DNA of 63,032 bases, filler included, from Stramenopiles sp. TOSAG23-6 (Eukaryota): assembly GCA_900128565.1 (NCBI GenBank). It is 12 parts of 12 records of this genome, joined end to end, with 100 filler letters (N's around TTAATTAATTAA, not from the genome) between each part and the next. Parts side by side here need not be neighbours in the genome. Positions count along the whole stretch, not along the records: positions 16,387 to 24,472 come from LT636476.1; positions 24,573 to 32,642 come from LT636477.1; positions 32,743 to 40,798 come from LT636478.1; 9 more parts are not named here. One strand, given 5' to 3'. Positions 23,321 to 33,576 of this stretch are shown here, in pieces. Under the pieces are notes generated by a model that did no database searches, had not been told where the DNA came from, and was given only the letters and a program-made list of their open reading frames with translations. Position numbers and translations under genes: made by a program. Positions within the stretch are counted from its first letter, which is position 1, and every line of letters starts with the position of its first letter.

Positions 23321-23932
23321 ATGGCTAGCATTTATCACGAGCATATCGCTTGGAAAAAGAAAATTTACGCCGACCGAAAGAAACGTAAAGCAAAAAAACT
23401 TCAAGAAGAGCGAGCGAAGCATCAAGAGTCTTGCACATTTAAGCCAACTATTACTGAATATAAACCTCATGTTCAACAAAAGGTAAGTATTCCCCAGCAC
23501 AAATCTTGTTTGCAACACAAATGGCGACAAGANCGGGCGCGAATACAACGAAAACAAGAGGAAGAATTGANACAGCATAGAAGTTATGCGTCAAGCCGAG
23601 GAGTTACTAAATCAAACTGGGACTCAAGTTCTTCACAAAAAAAAACTGAGAAGCTACAACAAAATTCAAATAATCATTTAAATAATAGTAAANAAAGNCA
23701 TGACCTGTCAAAAAAGACNAAAAAAGAGCTACTTATGTACGCTATTACTTTAAAAAAGGATCATGAATATAAGCTGAAAGAACAAGAACTTTTTCTCCGA
23801 GACAAATTCCAGAAAAGACTTCATGATCTTTCAGTACAATGGATGCAGAGTAAAGATAATCTTTTACAACGCATAAATAAGTTAGAAAAGTATTTTCAAG
23901 AAAGTGNAGATTATAATCAAGGCAATAAATAA
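23321..23932 (+). CDS. Hypothetical coiled-coil protein
   Basis: 203-aa ORF with an ESCTFKPTI motif. Confidence 0.55.
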   Translation: MASIYHEHIAWKKKIYADRKKRKAKKLQEERAKHQESCTFKPTITEYKPHVQQKVSIPQHKSCLQHKWRQXRARIQRKQEEELXQHRSYASSRGVTKSNWDSSSSQKKTEKLQQNSNNHLNNSKXXHDLSKKXKKELLMYAITLKKDHEYKLKEQELFLRDKFQKRLHDLSVQWMQSKDNLLQRINKLEKYFQESXDYNQGNK

Positions 23933-23973
23933 ATTTATATGAGATTTTATCTATATTTCAAAACTAGTATACA

Positions 23974-24472
23974 TTATATTATATGATCTGTAACTTCAAA
24001 TNAAGTACTTAAACTATCCATCATGCTTATTGTTGCTTGTAGCTCAACTCTGGCTTTGCGCAACTCTTCACTTATATTGTTCTCATCTTTTTGAAATTTT
24101 TTACTAACCTTGTTTACAATAGAATTTGTACCAATTGCTCCTTGTAAGGTTTCTTGAAGAGTCAGTTTTTGTACGCGTAATTTCAGTCTATTTCTATTAC
24201 TTAATAAATTATCTAGAAGACTTATAGTAATACTACCATCTGATTTATTATTTGCATTATTTTCATTATTTTCATTGTATTGAATTTCTGATGTATTAAA
24301 ATCCAATAGTTCAGATGATTTTGGTTGTGTATTAATAAAATTATTCGATGTATTGTTTATGTGGTCTGTATTATTATTATTATACATTGAATTATTTTGA
24401 TAGTGTCCATTATTATCATTATTATTGTGGGTAAATGTTTTCTTCGACGGAGAAGTGTTACAAATATTTCCT
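23974..24472 (-). CDS. Hypothetical protein, C-terminal part
   Basis: ORF with a coiled-coil-like C-terminus, open towards the contig end. Confidence 0.45.
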
Positions 24473-24679
24473 NNNNNNNNNNNNNNNNNNNNNNNNNNNN
24501 NNNNNNNNNNNNNNNNTTAATTAATTAANNNNNNNNNNNNNNNNNNNNNNNNNNNNNNNNNNNNNNNNNNNNTTTTTTTTTTTACATTTTTTTTTAAATA
24601 TTTTTTTTACATTTTTTTTATATTTTTTGTACTGTTTTATTAATATTTTCTATTCTATACGTATTGAATCACAATAAAT

Positions 24680-26816
24680 GAATGCATCCTGCATTGGCTA
24701 CTTGGTCTTCGGAAGAAATATATGGTGGAATGTTAGAACATGGAACCTCGATTCAAAAACGTCCTTTAATATCTGGACATAATTGGCCAAAATTTATTCA
24801 AACTACAAATTCTACAAAAAAACACACGAAATACTTGAGAAATATAAAGCATATGAAATATCAAACCAACTCTACAGATAAAAATAATATTGAAGGAAGA
24901 AACTCAGACATAATATCTACGGTATTGTCCACCGTACATTCTATATTACCACAAAGAATTTCGACTTTTTTAAGTAAACAAATACGTACAAAAAAAAAAA
25001 CATCCGAAAATGGAGATATTGGAGATATTTCAGAAACTATAAAAGGACCAAACTCAAGCGATAAAAAAGGTTTAAAAGGGTATAAAGCTGGGGAAATTCT
25101 TCGTCAAGTGTGTGATGGTTATGATACAGCACCTATTGATTTTATACCTGTCCTTGGAAATAATGAAGAGCATGTTTGTTTTCATCATCAAATCATCAAT
25201 TTATCCATTTCATTTTTTTTTTTTTTTTTCGTAAAAAAAATTTTGTATCTAAAAAAAAAAATTTTTAGATATTTTTACACGAAAAATGATCATCGAAGTA
25301 AACGAAATGTTGCTGAGGGAAAAAAAGTTATACGTATTCTTGAAAATGTTTTATCAGCAAAACAACAAAATTGTACCATAGATGAAACTGTATCTTCAGA
25401 ATCGATTGGTGTTGTGACTCCATGTATGTGTTTTCAATTTCGAATTTTTTTTGTTTTTTAAATTTTAAATTTTAAATTTTAAATTTTTTTTTTTTTTTTT
25501 TTTATAGTATATGTTGTACCTAACAAAATATTTTTTAAATTGAATCAAAACAATCACAATACATACCTTGGTCAAGTGAAATTGATCAAAACTATGATTG
25601 AGCATCGAGTGGAAGAATTAGAAGGGCGTTCTTTATCACATTCTGATTTACAATTGAAGAAAAATAAAAGCACGAAAAAAAACCATGAAAAAAAATTGGA
25701 ATCATTAGTTTGTGATTTCGTGTCTCATTCTGACTTTTTGAATGATACAAACAAAAATACCAAGAATAACAAAAATAACAAAAATAACAAACATAACAAA
25801 AATAACAAAAATACAAATACTACTACTGATACAAATAATATACTTGAATTTTCAAATAATTTATCAAGTTTTCACCGGTATGTAATTCATTCAACTGCAG
25901 CAAAATATGGATTAAATAGTAAAAGTGTATGTTTTAATTTTTTTTTTTGTATGAATTTTTTTTCGTACGAAATTTTGTACCTAACAAATTTTAGTTTTTT
26001 TTTAAATATTTTACAAAATACATAGTGGTGAAGGAGATCAACGTGCCATTAAAATTTGGCGAGATAATTGTGATGTTGTTGTTAATGATGATGATGATAA
26101 TATCTCACAAACAAATGCAAACGTTACATTACATTCTAATTCTAGTAAATTGACGAAAAACACGAAAAACACGAAAAACACGAAAAACACGAAAAACACT
26201 CCGATATCGTCAACATCAAAAAACACAAAAGACATTGAAATACAATACAAAGAACAAATGAAAAAGCAAACATTAGCATCTCAATTAAGAAATGTTGATA
26301 TTAAATCTGTTGATGGATTTCAGGGCGATGAGAAAGATTTAATTATTTTTTCGTGTGTTCGATCAAACCCGGCAGGAAATATTGGCTTTCTTTCTGATTG
26401 GCGAAGAATGTACGTTTACTATAACCCTAACCCTAACTATATTCTGTGCTATATGATGTAACAACAAAAAAATTAGAAATATTTAAAAATATTTTTTTTT
26501 TNATAANTTTTTTTTTCATACGTTTACTATATATTATATATTATATACTATATATTATATACTATATTCTTTGCTATATGATGTAACAAAAAAAAAATTA
26601 GAAATATTTAAAAATATATTTTTTTTTAAATCAGTATATTTTGTACCTAACCAAAACATTACATTTTTGTTTTTAAATATTTTCCTACATTATATGAATG
26701 TTGCATTCACAAGAGCTCGAAGAGGATTAGTTGTTATAGGAGATCCAGACACACTTCAACATAATGATCTTTGGTTATCGTGGTTAAATCATTTTCGATA
26801 TTTTCTTAAAAAATAA
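24680..26816 (+). CDS. UPF1/DNA2/IGHMBP2-like SF1 helicase, C-terminal half, with internal R3H domain; introns 25174-25287, 25424-25564, 25927-26023, 26410-26695
   Basis: Spliced motifs (R)[35 protein letters not shown] and [13 protein letters not shown]. Confidence 0.9.
25424..25564 (+). mobile_element. GT-AT introner splitting the helicase TPY motif
   Basis: cca t|GTATG...AATACAT|ac ctt ggt caa gives TPYLGQV. Confidence 0.92.
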
Positions 26817-27101
26817 TTGTACAATTTTAGATTTTATTTAAAAAAAAAAAAAAAAATTTTGAATGTAAAATTGTTTTTTTGAAAAACAAAATTTCTTATG
26901 AAAATATATACAGTATATCATATACAACAATACAAAAAGAAAAAGAATACCAAAATATTCTAAACAATTAAAGTGTAACACATCATTTATTGTTGCTTTG
27001 TATATATAATAAAAATATGAAAAATATATATATATATATATTTTTTGTTTTTCGTACAAAAATTCTGTATATAGCTTAAAAAAGCTTAAAAAAGGTTTTT
27101 T

Positions 27102-28013
27102 TTACCGTCTACGATTTGATTTTCCAGGTCGTTTTTTCGTACCTTTTTTTGTACCTTTTCGACTATTTTTTTTCCCACCTTGTCCTCCATTGAGATGTCG
27201 ATAATATCCTGACATATCATTTGATGATTTTGCAGAATTACGTTTTTTATCTCTAGGTCGAACTCCACCAAATCCGTATTTTTTATCATGAGCTTTCCGT
27301 TTTTTTGATTTCTCATTAGAGTTAAGTCCATAATTTTTACGTTTTTTATTTCTACCTGAAAGTTCATTTTCTGTTTTTTCCAAGTGAATATCAAAGAGTG
27401 CTTTTTCATTATCAGCGGTAAGAGCTGTGTCTGGTTTTCCTTCCTTTTTTCGCCACGATGCAACAGCTTCAACAGCTGCTTTTTTAGATTGGCGTCTTTG
27501 TTGGAGTTTGTTTTCTTGTTGTTCTTTTTGATATTTACGATTATGTTGCGCTTTTTTACGGATATCTACAGCTTTCATTCTTTGTTGTTCAAACAATAAT
27601 TCGCGCTTGACTCTTTGCATGTGTTCATCGCTCTTGAGCATCTCTGCGAAATAGTCTTTAGGTCTCTGAAAAGAAATTTGTTTTTCATTGAGTTGTCGAT
27701 GCCCTTTCGAAGCCAAGGCTAAGGATGCACTGTAAAAGATTAATTCACGCTTAAGATCATCATTCACATCCACGACATCCACAGGCACATCTGTAGTCAA
27801 TGCGAGAGTCTCAGAAAAATTGAAACCCGACGCCTGAACGTTTTTCAAGCACTGCTGTAAGAGGGACATTGTAGTCGAATTGCCTTTTGAATTGAGTGTG
27901 TTTATAGCTTGTATTGATGCGGCAGTTGATTGTAACGCACGCTGTTCCATCTCAAGCTCAGCTACATCTACGTTTGATGATTCAGATTGATCATTATCGT
28001 ATTTAACAGCCAT
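27102..28013 (-). CDS. EBP2: rRNA-processing protein EBP2
   Basis: DDLKRELIFY, RPKDYFAEMLKSDEHMQRVK, KYGFGG, KRPGKSNR. Confidence 0.95.
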   Translation of the reverse strand: MAVKYDNDQSESSNVDVAELEMEQRALQSTAASIQAINTLNSKGNSTTMSLLQQCLKNVQASGFNFSETLALTTDVPVDVVDVNDDLKRELIFYSASLALASKGHRQLNEKQISFQRPKDYFAEMLKSDEHMQRVKRELLFEQQRMKAVDIRKKAQHNRKYQKEQQENKLQQRRQSKKAAVEAVASWRKKEGKPDTALTADNEKALFDIHLEKTENELSGRNKKRKNYGLNSNEKSKKRKAHDKKYGFGGVRPRDKKRNSAKSSNDMSGYYRHLNGGQGGKKNSRKGTKKGTKKRPGKSNRRR

Positions 28014-28297
28014 GTTGAAACAATGTTTATATGTAATAAGTGATGACTCTCTATATATAAAATGCTTGCTACGCGTTTGTTTCTGACTTTTACCGTTTTC
28101 ATGATTTTTGCATGAATTCGCTGAATACATCGAAAAAGTGAACCGGGTAACTACTTTTTTTGACTTTTAAACTTTTTTCTCCTCGTGCCGAGAGAGAGAG
28201 AGAGACTTTTTCAAGTAAGTCTTGACTCTTCGTCTTGGAGAGAGTTTTCTTCGAGTCGAGAGTGACGTACTAGTAAGTTTGATCACATTTATTCAGA

Positions 28298-29167
28298 ATG
28301 ACGACAGGGAATGCGGCAGAACTTAGGCAAAAGCTTCTTTCTTTTATTGCGAAAAATGGAGTCTGTTGCATTATGCCTTTAATGGAACAACTCGAAAATG
28401 CAAAACTTTTTGACGTTTGTAGATTCATTGACGAACTGGGTGGAATCAATAGGGCTTGTAAACGTCTGCATTTGATTTCAATAATACCAAAGAGTAGGAA
28501 TGGTTTCCTTTCATTAACGCTCAAAGGGAAGAATAATTCTTGGGGTCAACCAACAAAAAAAATCACAAAGATTGAAATTACCGAAGATGTTAAAAGTAAA
28601 CTTGACGCTTTGAGAAATGGGAGCGAATACAAAGCTAGAAAAAGTTGTCATAAGTTAGGGACGGATATTCTGTATATCTCTTCAGATATGGTTGATAACC
28701 GTGATAGAGAGCGGAGAGAGCGACAGGAAGACAATGAATCATCATCGGAATCGGAAGAGGAGGCTTCTACAGAAGGAGAGACATCTAAAAAATCTGAATT
28801 TGAGGAGAGTTCTATAAATGATGATGAACGAAAAAAATCAAAAATAGAACAAAACGTTAACGTTATTGAAAACGTTGAGGACACTGAGCAGGCTACAAAA
28901 CATACAGATAAAACATGCAATACTATAAATATAAAAAATGCGGATGAAAAAAATAATATGACAAAAAATACAAATGAAACACTGAAAGCGATTGACACTG
29001 AAGACGTTTCTATTGTAGTAGTCGAGAATGGTATTAAAAACCAACAGTCCATTGTAAAAAATGATATAAACTATGATAAAAAGCCAAACATCAATAGAAA
29101 ACGTGATAGAAAGGAATGCGATGAGATACCCGAAACGAGTACAGAAAAAAAAAAGATCAAAAGTTAA
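28298..29167 (+). CDS. Hypothetical protein
   Basis: 289-aa ORF with a globular N-terminus and an acidic/charged C-terminus. Confidence 0.55.
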   Translation: MTTGNAAELRQKLLSFIAKNGVCCIMPLMEQLENAKLFDVCRFIDELGGINRACKRLHLISIIPKSRNGFLSLTLKGKNNSWGQPTKKITKIEITEDVKSKLDALRNGSEYKARKSCHKLGTDILYISSDMVDNRDRERRERQEDNESSSESEEEASTEGETSKKSEFEESSINDDERKKSKIEQNVNVIENVEDTEQATKHTDKTCNTINIKNADEKNNMTKNTNETLKAIDTEDVSIVVVENGIKNQQSIVKNDINYDKKPNINRKRDRKECDEIPETSTEKKKIKS

Positions 29168-29607
29168 TCAAAACAGTAATTTGAAATTGACGCTTTTATA
29201 AATTTTTTATTTTCTCTGATGTACCTAATTTTGATTTTTTTTACAGTACGAAAATATTGACGGAATTTCACAATACGTACGACATTATAAATAATTACTC
29301 AATGAAGAAGACTCGCTAGTATACAAACAACTGAAAGTATTATAATCCAACTACACACACACGAAATAAAAAATCGAAACTTTTCAATGGACCGGCATTG
29401 TCAATATTTCGTGTCCCAAAAGTTTTTGAAATTTCAAATGCATTTCGCAATTTCATTCAAATTATATTTCTTTCTGATTTTTCGCGGCGCTACTTCATAT
29501 AAACTGTACATACGTGTTATAATAAAACGATTTCTTCCTATTGAGTATGATATAAGCAATTACAACTTAATATATAAAACACATCTTTACGCAATCATTC
29601 TTTTATA

Positions 29608-32492
29608 ATGTTATCTTCAGAAGTACAACATACTGAAACAAATACTCAGGGGATGAAACAAGACAATGAAACGATAGTGAGTGATTCTTCATTGAACAAA
29701 CACGTTGATACAAACGTAAACAAGAAGGACACACTACAATCTGAAATTTCTGAGAGTAACTCACACACCACAATGAGAGAAATCGAGTATAAAGAAATAT
29801 ACAGTAATTATTTAAAAGAAAATATAAGTATTGTTGGAAAGAAAGCAAATTTTCCTGAATATTTGTCGTCTAATAATGAAGTGTCTACTACAAGTGACAA
29901 ACTTAAGTTACCCAACTTTTATGATGGACTCTACGAAAACATTGCACATAATGTAGTTCAAGGACAATGGAATGATGAGTTAAATGTTTCAAATTATAGT
30001 GTACATTCAGATATATTGCAACAAAGAGACAATGAAAACATTCCTATACAACATCAAAGTTTTGATGGAGTCGCATGGGATGTCTCAATAGGTTCTAATT
30101 CCGTACCAAATTCTGTACAAAACAAAGCAGATTCTTTGAACACTGAACAACAAGATCTTTTGGAAGGAAAAAACACAAAAGCATGTACACAACATCATCA
30201 ATATGTAACCGTCGAACCATTAATGAAACAAGCTGCACTTGATAAATTAAAAAAATGGCAAAAGGGCAATTGTTCAATGACGCAAAAACCTTTTTGGTAT
30301 TGTGTACGTTTTTTTTTTTTTTTCGTGTTTTGTTTTGTTTTGTTTTGTTTTTTATCTATACGTAACGCCCGATTTGGGTACGACATTTCAAGGTTTTTGT
30401 TTTTTTTAAATATGTTCAAAATCGTTCAAGATGTTCTCACTTGTTACATTTTTGTATCGAGTCATAACCCTAACCCAAACTAAATTTTTTTTTTTTTTTT
30501 TTTCTTACAAATATTTCGTACTTAACACATTTTTAGTGTTGTACATATTATCATACATACTATGCAATCACTCAACGTTCGACATATATTAATCCTATAC
30601 TAATCAAACAACGTTGTAAACAAACTGGCAAAATTTGTTGGATAAATCCAATAACAAATGAAAAACAATTTACAAATCCAAACCAACAAAATCCATTTTT
30701 TTCAGTCGAAAACCCTAACCCTACTACTACTACAAATACGAATGATATTCAAAATGATATTCAAAATAATTCGTTAGGTACAGAAATTCGTACTACAGAA
30801 TCCATTTCAAACCCTAACCCTAGTGAAATTGTATCAAAATGGACACGAAATACTTGTCCAATTTCAGGTCGTTTTTATTGGTATAATAAAGAAACTGATG
30901 AATCAACATTTGAAGATCCAACACTTCAAATAAATGTTGATAACCCTAACCCTAATGACCCTAATGATGAAAAAAATGTACAAGTAATAAAACATCAAAC
31001 TCATAAATTCGAAATTCAAGAAAAAAAAAAAAAAAACCCTAACCCTAATACTACAATGACATCTGAAGAATTAAATGAAGTATCACGAAAAAGTCGAGAA
31101 AAAATTTTGAAACGTTTTACACAAGTAAAACAAAACACAAAAAACACAAAAGATGATTACTTTGCTAGTGTCTCCAGAGGTATTCAATGTATTGATGATG
31201 AAAGTTTTGAAACATTTCAAAACCCTAACCCTAAAAACCCTAAAAACAAAAATACAAACCCTAACCCTAATGAAAATCAGCAAAATCAGAAAATAGTTGG
31301 TATAAAAAGTGATAACATACAAAAACATGTAAAACATTCATTACGTACGTTTAATACAGGAATATGTCATGTAGATGAATCAAAGATTCCAATTACAAAA
31401 AAACACGAAAAATCAAAGATTCCAATTACTAAAAAACACGAAAAACATAGTAAAAAAAACACGAAACATAAAAAACATAAAAACCATAAGAAACATAAAA
31501 ACCATAAGAAACATAAAAACCATAAAAATAATGTATTATTGTATAAAGAAATTGAAAAAAAATCTGTATCAACTCAAGTATCACCTTCAGGAGAATTAGG
31601 GTTAGGGGTTTCAGTAGATTGTATGAATGATATACAATTTGAAAAATCTTTAAGTACGAATTTTGGTACGAATACTCAATTGGAATATGTAGACAACCCT
31701 AACCCTAATCAAAATGTTAGTGATGATGATTTAATATATTGTAATGATCTTGTTTCAGTTGAGGAGCGTGAAAAAAAAAGAAAAGCGGCTATCGAAGCAA
31801 GAAAAATATTTTTACTTAAATATCGAAAAAAAAAAAAAAAACAGAATTGTTCCAATAATGGACATAAACAGATTTGTTCCAATAATGGACAATATTCCCA
31901 AAAAGAAATTACAAAGAAAGTTGAAACACGAAATTTAAAGATGATGCCTTTTACAACAACACCAGAAAAAACACCAGAAAAAAAATCAAAACAAAAAAAA
32001 ACATCAGAAAAGACATCAGAAAAGACACCAAAAAAAACATCAGAAAAAACACCAAAAAAAACATCAGAAAATACACAAAACAAAACACCAGAAAAAACAC
32101 AAAAAAATACACCAGATACTATACAATATAAAACTCCAGAATCATCATTTGATCATGACAATTCTATTGATAATGGTGATATTTCATCACTTATTGAAAG
32201 CATTGCAACAAACGGAGGTTCTTTATATGCTTCAAATGATTCTGAAAATTATGTTATTTCAAAATCAGAACAAATTGAAAATAAAACAAAACAAGAAAAT
32301 CCTACATATGAAAATTATGTTATTTCAAAATCAGAACAATTTGAAAATAAAAAAAGCAAAAAAATAAAGAAAACAAAAAAAAACACGAAAACACAAAAAA
32401 CAAAAAAAACACAAAAAACACAAAAAACAAAAAAAAAGTACAATCTTATTGATACAACAGATTTTCCATTACTTGCTGCTGCATCAAAACGG
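29608..32492 (+). CDS. WW-domain protein with low-complexity regions (3' truncated); intron 30304-30563
   Basis: WQKGNCSMTQKPFWYC|AITQRSTYINP and WTRNTCPISGRFYWYNKETDESTFEDP; the frame runs into ORF 31056. Confidence 0.7.
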
Positions 32493-32806
32493 GTATGTTT
32501 TATTTGAATTTCTAATTTAATTTTTTTTTTTTTGGTTTTCATACGAAATTTCATACCTAACGATTTTTTTTTTGAAATATTTTTTCATAATTTTTTTTTC
32601 ATACGAAATTTCGTACCTAACGAATTTTTTTTTGAAATATTTNNNNNNNNNNNNNNNNNNNNNNNNNNNNNNNNNNNNNNNNNNNNTTAATTAATTAANN
32701 NNNNNNNNNNNNNNNNNNNNNNNNNNNNNNNNNNNNNNNNNNAAATCGTTAGGTACGAAATTTCGTATGAAAAAAAAATTAAATTAGAAATTCATATAAA
32801 ACATAC

Positions 32807-32926
32807 AAGATCTGGTACAAATATTTCATCTATTTCAGAGCATAATTTATCAGGATACCGATATGCTAGCTGTACACCTTTTTTGTAATGTCGCACGACC
32901 AATGCAATTGCATTTAAATTTTCCAT
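32807..32926 (-). CDS. First exon of a probable NPRL3/Npr3-like (GATOR1) protein
   Basis: MENLNAIALVVRHYKKGVQLAYRYP resembles the NPRL3 N-terminus (...LLFRYP) and is followed by a family intron donor at 32806. Confidence 0.5.
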
Positions 32927-33345
32927 TATTGTATTGTTGGATATTGAGATAGTATTTCTTTAGCTACGGAATTAATGGCACGAAATCGAGACGGACCTAA
33001 CTTTGCGCCGCCGTACCACCGAGTTACTGAAACAAGAGTGTTTTCACAATTTTTGTTCTCCAACAGAGTAAGTAATCGACGACCTGCACCTACCTCACCA
33101 CAATCTGTAAATCCTGCAATTGCGCCGTCCTCTGACCGCCAAGCAGCAATGTGAGGATGTGTTGCTTTAGCAACTCTTGGGCAATTCGCGATTTCAACTA
33201 AAGCGGGTTTAACGTCAGCTGCAGAATCAATGCGGACTATTGTAGCTTGGAATTTGCACTTTTTAAAATTCTGAACCTCTCCTCGAGCAATTAGCGTGTG
33301 AATGCTTCTTTTAAACAAAAATCGAACATGTCCTAGAGATAGCAT
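32926..33345 (-). CDS. IMPACT/YigZ (UPF0029) domain protein
   Basis: KATHPHIAAWR, DCGEVGAGRRLL, VTRWYGGAKLGPSRFRAI. Confidence 0.9.
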   Translation of the reverse strand: MLSLGHVRFLFKRSIHTLIARGEVQNFKKCKFQATIVRIDSAADVKPALVEIANCPRVAKATHPHIAAWRSEDGAIAGFTDCGEVGAGRRLLTLLENKNCENTLVSVTRWYGGAKLGPSRFRAINSVAKEILSQYPTIQ

Positions 33346-33576
33346 TCAACATAATTTTGGGAAAGAATAAAATATGAGTTTTTNTACAAAAANGACGAAA
33401 AANTGACNAGCCNTCAATTTTCAAAATTTTCGATTTCGTGCAAAATTTTGACAGGCGCAGGCGCTTCAAATGATGATTGCTATCTCTCATTAGTTAAAAG
33501 ACTGTTAAGACTACAAAGTCAAAAGAGAAAAGACACAAAAAAAAGAATATATCACCCATTTTCTTTTGCATTTTTG

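Noticed and set aside
25424-25564. U12-type AT-AC introns
   Set aside because: No RTATCCTT donor or TCCTTAAC branch site, and copies with non-identical flanks (9669, 25927) favour the GT-AT register.
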